From positions 17,980,001-18,044,000 of the forward strand of contig OZ365116.1 in NCBI GenBank assembly GCA_977030845.1: DNA of 64,000 nt. The letters run 5' to 3'. The notes under the pieces are model-generated. The model made no database searches. It had not been told where the DNA came from and saw only the letters and a program-made list of their open reading frames with translations. This document shows, piece by piece, positions 1-13,000 of this stretch. The DNA is from Fimbriosthenelais zetlandica (Eukaryota). A program made the translations under genes and the position numbers. Each line of letters opens with the position of its first letter. Within the stretch, counting starts at the first letter, position 1.

Positions 1-905
1 TATGAAAACTAATTACCGGTCACGAGGCCTACACAATCAGGCCTGAGATAATGAGACTAGCAAGAGGTTTTATGATGCATGCCCTTTGCTTTCTCAAGAA
101 TATTACTCAGGCATGACTGTAAAGGACAATAGCCGAACACACAATCCAATATTCCCAATAGAGAAGAATGCAAACAAACCACCACATGACTATTATACAT
201 GCCCTCCTATTATCCAGCATAATGTATTAATCTCCTGCTCATTTTAATGTCTACATTATTGCATTAGGTATAAATACCAAGCGAGCTTCTGTTGCTATAA
301 GATTGACTCTGTGGTAGGCCAATATTTGCTATACTCTATTGGAAATGACAAATTGAAGAAATGTCAAAAAAAACTACATATATTAATGTATAATTCCCCT
401 TTAAATGATCACCAGAATGGCACATGTTACAAAGGACAAGCAGAGAGGAGAGTGAAGCAGGACCGCTTATGATAATTGAGATGTGGCATTTAAGGCATGA
501 TTGATTTTTTTCGGTGTTGGAATAAGCCTCATTTATGCAGATCCCCGTGTGTGAGTGTCGTCCGGAGATGGCTGTGAGGGATTATGACTGGGGATGAAAT
601 GCTTTTCTCTCTTTGAACAGGCAGATCTGTTTACCGAGAGTCGTTGGCTTTTAGAAGTAACATTTATCTAAAAGCTTTGCATGTTTCCCCTAGTTGCCGC
701 CTGCAAGAACCATCCCATTTTCCTCCTTGCCACAATCTTTATGCCTTTGTCCATCCCAGTATTTTTTTAGTGTCTTAAGTAAATCTTCCTACCATTTTCA
801 TGTGAAAGACCATACATTACATCCGAATATTTTCACATGAGATTTAATACATAGATTTTTATTTTCTCTACATGATTGTGAACATATGTTTATTGTATTT
901 TTCAG

Positions 906-1009
906 TGACGATCAATGGGACTTACCCTAACCAACGCCTGCTCGGGTTCATGTTGGTGGCAACGCCTGAAAATGCTCAGGATGAAACCACATCAATGGGC
1001 ACCTTCCAG
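906..1009 (+). CDS. SPON1: F-spondin exon, Reeler domain: (V)TINGTYPNQRLLGFMLVATPENAQDETTSMGTFQ
   Basis: Acceptor ttttcag|TG at 905/906 and donor CAG|gtaaga at 1009/1010; phase 1 in, phase 0 out. Matches the F-spondin GFxL.A..GTFQ segment and lies inside track ORF 872..1081. Confidence 0.9.
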
Positions 1010-4000
1010 GTAAGAGATTACATTATAAAATTCATGCTTTATAAACTCCAGGTCAACTCTGAGGTATTCTGTCATCAATAATCAAGAGTGAATTGTATTC
1101 TTTGTGAACATATAAGGTGCCCCGTAACAAAATGTCCATAAATAGCATAGAGCTGTTAGGTGTATAAGAGGACAAACATCAATAATTCAGAATAGGTGCC
1201 CTACAAGTTCCTCATGGGAAGCATTGACCACCATGGGTGCCCTCTTGAAGTCACCTTTGATTTCACGCTACAGATCATGCAGCATTTACATAATTGATAC
1301 AATGGAGAGATCGAGCCCGGGCATGGCCGCTGATCGACTCGTTACCATATATAACATAGAGCGAGCCCGCCAGTTCAGGGCACGGTCATTCCGTGTTGTA
1401 CACAGATAACCCTGCTCTGTTTCCTCACTGAGCAAATTTTCCCTCCAGTATGGAGAAGGGAGATAATGATGTATACGCTGACTACAAAGCCTCTCCCATT
1501 GCTTTGAAGCGTTTACATTTCCCTTGCCATGCATCAGATCGCTTCCTGCCCTCACGTCCTCCTCACTGAGGGGTCATTCCTGCCCCCTGATTGCCACCTG
1601 GGTGTGCTGAGCTCACAGATAGGGGTTAGCCTCTCAAAGATCCCTGCAGACTGATAGCACTCCGGAAATAGGATTGCTCTGCAGCCGGTAACTAATCTGA
1701 GAAAATCCCACCAATACAGGTTGATATTTTTACACGTTTCCCCCTTCTAACAGTGCCCACCATGCTGAAATCTGAGGATTGTCCGCAGAACTGGGTTTAT
1801 TTTTCTCATGCCTCCTATCAAAATGGGATTAAAGGAATCCACCCATCCATTCTCTGGGAATTAGGGCCAGTCCTCTGGGTTCTGACGAGTGATAAAGGAA
1901 GCGTTTTGAAGATTAAGGTCCCATCGATTGGACATTGGTTGGTCAGTGGTCAACGACATGCAAATGTAATCGTAATGGATCTCTACTTGTTGGAGGAGCT
2001 TTGTCGGCATTGTAGATGAGATGCAGCCATGTTGGAAGCAGCTTTACATCTGCCTTGTTCGGGGACTGCTGTCCTATCCCCCAGGTCTCGACCCTTACTG
2101 TATCCTCACACAATGAGGTCCTCCCAATATGAAGACCAATGGTAGAAATGTTGTTAGTAGTATACTGAAAGTGCTGTTTGGAGAGGGCGACTCTTCCTTC
2201 AGGAGCTCTAGTCAGTAACAGAGTTATGAATATGTTCAATATAGAAGCCATTGGTTAAGATTGGATAGAGGCAGATATGTAAGGTTCTGTCAGGATTGTA
2301 GATACTAGCAGAGTTGAATTATATCTGAATGGCTTGGCCTTTGATGCTTTGCTACATATTGAGTATAGAGGCTTCATGAGATTGGGCCCTGACCCAGGTT
2401 AGCCAAGCAAGGCCCCTTAGTGTTGCCTAACCCCAAAAGATCATTAAAGACAAACATTTACTTTCGTGCAATACAAACAGGAGAAATGGTTGATTTGGTC
2501 AATAGAGAGCAAATCTGAGATGAATGGCTTGTACATTAATAATCATAGCATGATTAAGGGTTCCCTGATTAACCCAGATACCAGCTGACGTCTTCCCATT
2601 GCGTGTCTTGTCATGGGAATCTCTTTGATCTCCCATTTATACCCAATCTCTACATGCAGCATATTAACCATCCCGGCTGATATGATCTCAATATTAAACT
2701 GCGATAAGAATTGCCATTGCCATAGACAATTCATGAGACAATTCTTGCCTGAATTCGTCTTATTACATGTTTTTTCTGTCAACATTTACATTTCAACAAA
2801 TATAAGGCATGCGTGTTCACTACAGATTTGTAGGTCTCCCTCGGCATGTATGCAAGATGTTGATTTTTTTTATAACAGAATGCGAGTTCACACATTGCTT
2901 TTCAATAGTAATTTTGTATGGATTTGTATTTGGTTCTCTGAAAAGTACCTGTGTAAGCAGTGACTGAGAGAGACTGGTGAAAAGAGAGAATGATGGAAGA
3001 ATCGCGTGATGAACCCCTAACACCTGCTAAGCAAACATTAGCCCAACTTGATTAGGCCAATCAAGGCAAACGAGAGGACAGGGCCCAGAAGAGAGTCATT
3101 TCTGGTCGAATTAGTCATTGAAGGAAGCGATGAACTCAACAAATTAGTCTTTAATTCAAGTTGTTTGGGCCAAGAGCCACTGGCTGAGAGACAAAGCATA
3201 GGACCTCCTACAGGCTGAGTGCATGTGTTCATTTGCATCCTGTGCTGTTCTCTGAAAGTCAAATCATAAAACCGCTCACCCATGATGATCTGTACTCAAT
3301 AGAAATGGCATGTGCGAAAAGTGGCATTCAGCAAAAATCAATGAATATATTGGAAATGTATTTCCTTTCTCCCTCCTGTACATTCAGGGTTAAGCACTGA
3401 ACAAGCAACAGCGTCCTGATCACGTGAGCAGGGGCGATTACCCAGCATTCCATGCAGATTAGCAGTGCCCTCATACTGAGGTCGAATACGACTCAACATG
3501 TGTGGTGAAGGCTGGAGGAAAAATATGCAAATTAAAGCCAACCAAATAATGGTTTATGCAAAGCTCTTGTGTTTCTGCGCATGTTGGTTATCGCCCGGAG
3601 CTCTGAGGGTGAGAGATTTATAGATACACGCCTCGCTGAATGAATATTTGCTCATCAGGGTTAGTCTGGCCATTAATTGTAGCTGTCAAAGATGAGCGAT
3701 ATTCAAATACAACAAACGACTTGTGCACCAGCTATCATGCTGTCTGATCAATATTAATTTTGCAGCCAGTGCAGCCACATATGACAGAGTTGTGTTAAAT
3801 CTGTGTAGGGATAGCTTCCTCCACCTTTCAGTCGCAATTCATCTTCGAGTTGCCAGAGTTTCACGTATATTCAGTCGTCCTAGCAGTCTTGGCCCTGAGA
3901 CCATAAATTGCTGTTTTCTCAATTGCCTTCTTTGAATTGTCAATTTGTCATCCCCTCTGTGGAACCTGTGTTGCCTTCTGATGGATTGTTTCCAACTCAT

Positions 4001-7000
4001 GCAAAGGCCATCCCTCAAGTACCATCGATACCTGCTGCATTGATATTCATTAAAAGTTGCAGTCTAGTGTTGAAAAAGTGCTCTATACATTCACCACTTC
4101 AGCATGATAACTCCCTAGAGGACTGCCTTACAGATGCTATCAGTGGAACATCCACCCTTTAAGATTAATTGCTATGTGAATACTCGCTTTTGTCAGAAAT
4201 GTGTTTAATGACACATTCTTAAAGCGTTTATTTGGGATGTTTTGCATGTTTTGATGGACATCAATTAGTCTCTAAAGTGCCCTCACTTATACAGTAACAA
4301 AAGCTCATCCTCTCCCCCATGCACCCCATTCTATGATTTTCCCCTCCCGTCTTGCTGGTTCCTCCACTAGCAGACATTATCTACCCCCATGACAGCTGGG
4401 CCAGGCGCCCACATGACAGCTGCCGCTCTGACATTACCTGACCGACCTGCCAGCTGCCTCATCACTCTCAACTTATCATTGTTGAGCCTCTTCTCTTGTC
4501 TCTCGTAGACATCCTTATTAACCAAGATGTCCAATCTGTCCCGGGAAGCTGCCTTTTATCTCTCTCCGCTAAACTTAATCGTCTTACCTTTGGATAAGCA
4601 CATAGACACTTATCATGATGGGTCTCAGGGATGAGGAAAGGTGTGACGAGATAGCATGAAAAGTGATCAGATTCTGCTGTTAAATCTAGAAGTAGCCATC
4701 ACTCCATTTTTCCCATCCAAGATAAAAGGTCAAATAAATTACTTATATTCTTAGGTAGAAAATTCAGAATGGGTTATGGACTTCCCCTTTTCTTGTAAAT
4801 CTAAAATTGTAAATATATCATTGCATTTATTTAACCTCTATGATGCATGAAAATGATATTGATATCCATTACTCTGTTCTAATGAGCGCAGCCAAATCAG
4901 ATATGAGCTCTATACATCCACTTCCGGTGCCACCGGAAGTTTCCTGAACAGGTGCTCTGAGTGTAGGCAGTCCCTCTCGCTATGTAGGGAGTCGACGAGC
5001 AGGGACAGAAACTATCAATTTACAGGCCTTGATAATGGAAACAAATTGCTTGCGCATCATTGCTATTGGAGGGGGGAACAACAGGGGCTTGCCATGGCAA
5101 CAATGGGTTGTTGTTGGGTGGACAATAGCCATTAATGTCGTGGTGGGATAAAGGAGCATCAGGTCGTGTGGAGGAGGATGAATGGGAAGCCCGATTGTCT
5201 GGCTTTACTAATTTAGGCAGGGCTTGATAGGCATTCTTTATTCTTAAGGGCACCTCCATGGCCTCTATTGGGAATGTTCCTAGTGAGCTTGTTCCATAGA
5301 AATTCCCCTTGTAAACTACCCAATATTTGTGTATTAAATAAACCCTTTTTTGGTCCAGAGGTATCAAAGATATTCTGATACTTGGTTTCTGATATACATT
5401 ATGAATTCGTACATTAGGCAAAGGAATAGAAACGGTAGGGCCTAATAACCTTTGAGAGTGTTAGTGGTCAAATACCTTGAATGTTATTCTTACCAAATAG
5501 GCATATATTTCTAACACTGTACATGTCATGGGTTTGACAGTGTATAAGGTAGACACCATACATCTATTATAGCCTGGAGGCTTTATCATACTCTATACAC
5601 ATACACACATGACCACATGGGAGAGTGCTGCCAGTATGGTCAGACAGACAAATATTTACAACTCCAAGGTGTTGATGGAACTGACCATTGCTGACCCTGG
5701 TCGTCCGTCCCAAACGACCGATTGTAAAGCCTCAGGCTATATATCCACCAATTGGTCAGCTGCCGATGGCCTTAGGGGCCCACAAGCCAGTCTGCTGCAG
5801 TTAAACCTTTAGCTTAGTAAGCTGAACATTCTCCAAATGCCCTTAACTTAAATACTTAAATAATTATTTCTAGATCTCCAGCCTGAGAATTAGATTTCAT
5901 GATGTAACCAAAGGAGTTATTAATACGATTATGACATTATTTTGTATATATAGAAAGGTAATCTATCCATCAGTCCTTTAGTGGTATCGTCTCAGAGGTG
6001 AAGTTCTACTCACCGTAAATGACTGATGGTCAGTTAGTGGTAAGTCAAGTGGGGAAGGATTAGTTTGAGTTCTCCACCTGGCCAGTCATGAATTGAGATG
6101 AGCGAGTGGACAGATGCCACGAACAATTCATTGTGGGTGGGCAGGAGGGAAAGGGACGATCAAAAGCTGCATTCATGCATTCCCCAGGGTAGAAAGTAAC
6201 GTGCTCTCCTGTGAAATGTCTATGAAAACACATTGTTGACACAGTCAATGCCTGGTCTTTCCGCTATATCTTCGCATTTTCGATGGTGGCACCATAATAG
6301 AAGAAGGTACAATTCACCTTCTGTTTTGGGAACGACAGATGATTCATCTTGATACTGATTGTGACAAATTCAGTGAGATGGAGTGATGTTGTCTTTCTAT
6401 AGAGATTAGGTTAATAACAGTACTAGGTGAGGATTGTGTCATCATGACCCGCCCCTTCCTTGCCACCCATAGCTCGCACGATGGTCATTACTCCGACCAC
6501 CTCACGATCTGACCCCTCCAGCCTTCCTCTTAATTACCACAATTGACAGCTTTTCTCCATCTGTTGTGTCCACCAGTCTGTACCCTATTGTATGCCTCCC
6601 CTGCCCCCATGTCACTGAACTTCAGCCTCAGGTCTTTATGAGAAAAACCGAGCACAAAAATAGTGTACGATTACACCAATGCCCCTTAAGTGGTAACTGA
6701 TTCCAATTCAGGGACAATGTATCCTGGCCCTTCTTCATGGACTTTCTAAACTGAGCCCATTGGGAATTTAAGCTACAATGGATTTTGCAAAGAAGTTTCT
6801 TTGCCCCTGCCTTAAAGCCCCGTTCCTCCCCAATTGGCAGCCCCAGGGTAGTTCAGACAATGCTTAAACACCACGCTTTGTAACTGTCTAATATGAGGTG
6901 TCATGTGTCAGTATATAAATACAATATAGCCAGTCGTGACAGGAGCAGGTCACAATTATTGATCCTCACATTAAACCCCACTGACTGCCCTGCATGTCCT

Positions 7001-10000
7001 TCCTCCCTGGCCGCAGCTTCAATGAATCATGTAGGACATAACATAGCTCAGGAAGTATGCAGTCAGTTTAGCTCATCGTAGCATGGAATTCTGCGAAACT
7101 CATACTCTATGAGGTGCTCCAGTTCATTTTACAATGGATTCTTGTCATGTTCAAACTTCTCTGTACTCTTAATCATTCATCCTAACTATCGAATTATTGT
7201 AAAGGACCTGTCGTTGTCTAACGACAACAGAATTTCCCTTGGGTACACCACTATGTTCCACCAGTGAATAGACATATACTATTAATCTTTTAGGTCCTAT
7301 CTCAAACATATTTCCACCCTGATGTATGAATGAACAATGACTTGACATTAGAGCGTTCAGGGACATATATAATCAGTCAAAGACCACTCCATCACGCCTA
7401 TTATACACATAATGTATGAGGCCTGTAGACCCTGTTGCATCACTGACCTGACTATCATTACATATTACTAGGCTCCCTCTTTACTGCCTGAACATCGCTC
7501 CTGTCTGCCTCATTTGTCATCCGTTACAACACACATTTTAATTCCACTTGATCCGTTGATCTTCACCAATTACCCTAGCTGTCCGGATTATGACAAACCG
7601 GATTAGATTAGGCTGTCATATGGCACCTGCCTCGTCTTCATACCCAACAGCTGCTCCTTCAAATACGACCACTTCCGGCGCCCACTTCCTGTTGTCTCCT
7701 CATCAGAAAAGCTTGGCTTGCCTCCCGCCTGCTTAGACGAGATTTAGCCATAAGGATCTATTCAATGTTCCCATCGTGAAATGTGGTTAGCTTCATTGTC
7801 TGCTGTCTTTTCGCAAACAATAATTTGTCATTTTTCTCATCAGATTCATTGTCTGATCTGATGCCTATTGATATATTGATGATATCATTGTTGTAGGACG
7901 TACGCCTATTGTCAATAATGTCTTAGAAACAGAGGGCATGCATACACAGAAGTAGATTGAGATGTATCCTGACATAAGATATTGTCCTCACCATTTAAGT
8001 GATGGATGATTTGTTTATAAACTCTTGTCTCATCTCAGCGTGGGAAACAATACATACCCTGAGTGCCTGCTTCGTCTCCATTCTCTCACCCCCATCCTCC
8101 ATGTTACTGATGTGTATATCTAATCTGTTCATTGTATACAGAATATATAATGCAAACCTCTGGTTTGACTGTATGTATTTTAACTAATATTATCGCAGAA
8201 AGTCTCACCTGCCTTTCCTACCTGCCAACACCCAAGCTCACTTTTATATGAAGATTAAAGCCCAAAAAACTAACCCCAAGAAATCCCTGTCTTAACCCAC
8301 AGTAGAGAAATTGATAAATGTGACACCGGGATGTAACACTAAGCCATTCCTGCCATCAATTAAGAGCTCTCCCGAAGCAAAATCCTACATATCTTTGCCT
8401 GCCAGATGGAGGGAAGAAATAAGTCAGCATAGTTTTTTCCAAACAAAATATTCCCAGAAGCTTGTCATGTTATCAAATGTTGCACCCGGCATGAAGGTCT
8501 GGGCAGGGATGTGATATTAATCACATCATTTTGTATACTTTTTCTCCAGATATGATTCATCATCCTCCCCTTTTTATTTTAACATGGTGGTATATGAATG
8601 CATCTCAGACCACCCTCGATCCAGAATTAAAAACACACTTTAGGTTGGGAGGGTTTTTTTTCCATAATCAAATCGACGTCTAAAACAGTTTATGTAAGGT
8701 GATGAGATACAAATAACATCTTGTTACATGTGGGGAACTTGGAACTACCTTACACCTGAGAATTACTTCCAATAATATGGCAGCTCTTTATTATCAGGGC
8801 ATGGGATCATTCTTCTTCCAATTCCCCGACACCCAGTCCCATGTGGTTGACGACAAGGTGGGATTCCAGTGTCCTGAAAAGTTCTGTTATACTTTGTCAA
8901 CTGTACTTATCCCTCCCTCCAATGCTGGGGGAAGACAATGGCCTAGTATGACTGTTTTAGCCCATATGGTTTTCTCTCTGGAATTAGTATAGACATGAGA
9001 CCTTGTTGGTTCACAGTTTCATTTTTGTCAGTGTTTTTCTCCATGGTGAGGTGGTGCAGATTGATGGAGGTGGGAAGAGCCAGAAGCTGGTGTGGAAAAA
9101 TCTAGAGCCTCTGGCTTTCCTCTCATCGCCTTATCATGTTGCCACTACATCCTGGCGACAGGCTTATGTGGTGTCGCACCATTACCCCTCATGAAACAAA
9201 ATGGCCGAGCTATGCCAAGCACTTGGACCTTGTGAACATACGAGTCCATAAATCATAAGGAAAATGCACGATCAGTGCTAGCTAGGCAGACAGATTCTTA
9301 GAAGTACCGTTTGCAGCTGTTGCTTTGAAGGATAGAAACTGTAGGGGTCAAGACCTGAAGGTGTTGCTTGATTGGACTGTAGAAATTCGAGGTCTGGTTT
9401 AAAGAAAAATATAAAAGTACCCCTTTTCTGACTAATCATATAGAAAGGATAAAGTTAAAAGTTATATGCATCCAAGAAACATGAGAGTTTTAAGATGCGG
9501 AATCAGGATGCATTTCTGTTCTTACCAAGTGACGTGAGGTTAATGAGAAATGACGCGAGATGGGTCTGTGTTTGGGTGAATGTTCAGAGCTGAAAACATG
9601 AAAGAGAGGACCACCAGCAGGGTAGAAGTCTCCCATGTCCAGCCCGCTCTCTGCTACATGTTAACCACTTTTGATCCCACTCATTCTCTGTTGAAAGCTA
9701 AACCCCAGCCCCTGTACTTCTGACCTGAAGGGCACTTGTAAAGTAAACATTACCTAATGACGCTCATATACCACCATGTTGTATAAATTGTGTGAGAATG
9801 GGAATAATGTCCTAAGGCCCAATTTAAACATCGTTTCATTGGTAATTTGAAACTGGCATTGCCGAAAACTATAGTCCGAAGACCGAAATATGCCAGTATA
9901 AATAAACCTAAAAAGAAATGTCAGTAGCCATATTGGAGGAAGTGTGTTATCTTTTACACACATCCAGGGTGGCAGCATGCATGCACGTGACAGAGGCAAG

Positions 10001-13000
10001 CACGCCTGTGTTATTTTCAAGCCTGTATCACTGACACACAGCCTTGACGATTGCATATATCACAGGCTGTGATGGGGCAGGTGTGGGTGGTGGAGGATCG
10101 GGGAGGAGGAGGATACCTGACCATTAAGACCACCGTATGTGTCTATACCTGACTGGCCCACCCAGGAGGGACTCCCTTCCTGCCTTTCCTCCATACAGGC
10201 CCCTCCATAATTGCTCTTCCAAGGAACACATTTAATTTACTACATTAAAACAAAGTGTTGTGACCATCTGAGTTTATATGACTTAAAGGACATCATACCA
10301 TGAAGTATCTTCTTTGTTAGCTCGTACAGTTAGAGATGATCTCATGTATAAACTTGAGTAGATTGGTCCACCCTCCTGGTGGCTGTACTGTCTTGCTTCC
10401 AGGGTTGGAGATGGGCGCCCTGGAGGGAATGTTTATGTGATGTGACAGGCAGTATAGCTTTTGGAACATCTAAACTGACAACATTTGATATGGCCCAACA
10501 GGCATACTTTTAATATCATCATTGGTAAGATTCTTTGACTACCACCCACCTGGGTATTGTCAGCTTGCCCCTGCTGATTCCCCATGATTAGATTGACATG
10601 ATTAACAGTTAATCTTTGTAGATATCTCGCATGAAGCTTCCGCATTCTACAAGATGAAAGTGGAAATTGTTTATGCAGAAATAAGTCTGCATGTGCATGA
10701 GATATTACATTATTATATCATGGGAAATATTTGTGTGATCCCTCTGAAACCATCGACACTGTTCTAGACTTCTGAAAACTCCAGGGATTGGTTATAGAAA
10801 AGGAAGTTCAGACAAATGATGAATGGAAGAAAGGATCTAAAGTTTATAAAGTTACATAAACGAATCTCCAGGAGGCTGTATACTAGTTATTATTACAGTA
10901 TATAGCTTCTGACGGGGAACAAGGTTCATATTGTAAACAAACGTGAAAGAAAGCATGTAAGATTAAACAAAGCCCTGCATGACCACAGCCTGGTGCCCCA
11001 GGGCAGGGGTGAGGGTCAGACTAGAGGAGGTCAACTGGAGGCTGGTCTGGTCATGTAGTATAGTCAGAGCCCCAGACTCTTTCGTCCATTTTAGGAAACT
11101 ACAGACGACCTTGGCAAGTTTAGGGTTATATAGACCAGAGTTTAGTGACTTGTGAGGACCCTTATGGTGGTGTTTGTTATATGATGTGGTGGTCTCCTAC
11201 AATTCTATCTTACAAGATAATTATGTGCCAACCAGCATGTCCTACCAAACTTAGAAGATTGATATACATGCAGCATGCTCCCAAAAAGAGGTCGTGAGAA
11301 ATGTGCATGATGAAATCTTGTTATGTTCATAGACCTTCTGTTTGTTGAAGAGGGAAAGCCTCCTGACAGGACGTACTGTGGCTAGCTTATACTACTGAGA
11401 TAGAATTGCTGTGGGAGGCCTAATCTCTGTGACCCGCTGGTCTCCCTTACCCTGACCTCTACCTGGGAGGTAAATCTGGGTGAACCAGGCTGGAAGACCC
11501 TGGAGGTCGTCTGGAGGAAGTTATTAGTATGGACAGTGAGGGGCAAGATGAAGGGACCACACCCAGCTACCAATGTTACAATAAATGAAAATGAAGATCT
11601 GATGACCACATAGTCAAATTTATTAGTTCTCACGTTATACCAATCCCTGGCGGAGCAACCAACCCCTTTTCTTCTGTACTTGAGCATGCAGGACGTTGTA
11701 TGCATATCTAGAGGGTGTTTTTCTTTAAGGTAGTTTTTGTTATTTTCTTTCAATTCCTGCTGGGTGTTGAGTTGAGGTGATTGATTGTGTAACAGAGGCA
11801 GCTTTCTCCGCTTCCTCCTCTGTCTGATTGGCCTCAGCTTTCATCTCTCCTATCATCTCCGTCTACAGGCTATCACCTTTTCTTTCATTTGAAAAAATAC
11901 TACACTTTTTGTTCTTGTTTTCTGTGAAGGAAATATTATAAAGGGCTTAGGTGTCAACAGTAAAATTGAGATACATGATGGTAGATAAGACATGTCTTAA
12001 CTTAAGTCAGGAGACGTCTAAGTACTTATTCTATTACTTAATTTTATTCACATTCTTCATACCTCTCTAGACTTCAGTATACAGCTTTTGTGACTAAGAA
12101 TTAAAACCCAATTGAAAAATTACCGTAGCGTTGCTCCATGAAGCCTGAGGGAAAATGGAACTGTGAGAAACAGCCTAAAGGTTAGAGTATGATAAAGTGA
12201 GTGGGTAGTCAGGAGGGAAATCGACCAGGGCAAGTTTGACTAGATGCTAGGTTGGGTTTCTTATACAATGTAGACCTTTAAGACACGGAAGAACCGGGTG
12301 TGGAATACATTTGAAATAAGAGAAATTGTGACTCCGCTTAAAAGTTTTATACGTTCCCACATTTTTCGAGTATCTGTGTGTGCCAAAAGACTAAATATTT
12401 CCATGAATCTCACCTGCTTTGCCCAGCTTTTTCATGCCTGGCGTCCACCCCACGTGCCGCTAGCCCATCTCTTACCTGACGTGTGCAGTGAAGCATTGGG
12501 AAAAGGGCGGAAAGGGAAAAGGATGAAAAACATTTTCACCAAGCCGGGCCCCATGTATCCCTCACCCTGCGGACAAACAAAAACCGATTACAACTGGCAT
12601 TGGAGAACTTGAAACTGGCTTGGGGCAGATGGCTCTGATAATCTCTCTACTCTCCTGGTCCAGCCTCCATAGATCACCATGCTTGTTACTGTCACACCGC
12701 CTTACCTGCTCTGTCACGAACTGGAGGGGTAAATATACCCACTATACAAGCCTGCACACCTCAACTACCCGCCCCACCCATTCCTGATAACTGGATCTCA
12801 GGTTTGATCTACAGGCATGCAACTGGCCTGGAAGCATGCCCAGATGTGATGTCTACCCTTATACTCAATAGAAGCGTTTCGCCCTCAGTTACGTCGTTGC
12901 GCCCAATATATATATTCAATATGCAATTACATTGTATGTGCGTTTGAGGTAACAATTTCTAGAGAGTTTTTCCTCTTATCAGTTTTGTCATAGATATGTA

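Noticed and set aside
601-680. Strong acceptor (ttttctctctttgaacag) at 620 as an upstream F-spondin exon
   Set aside because: The downstream frames give no Reeler-like sequence and there is no suitable phase-1 donor. The true upstream exons are probably outside the window.
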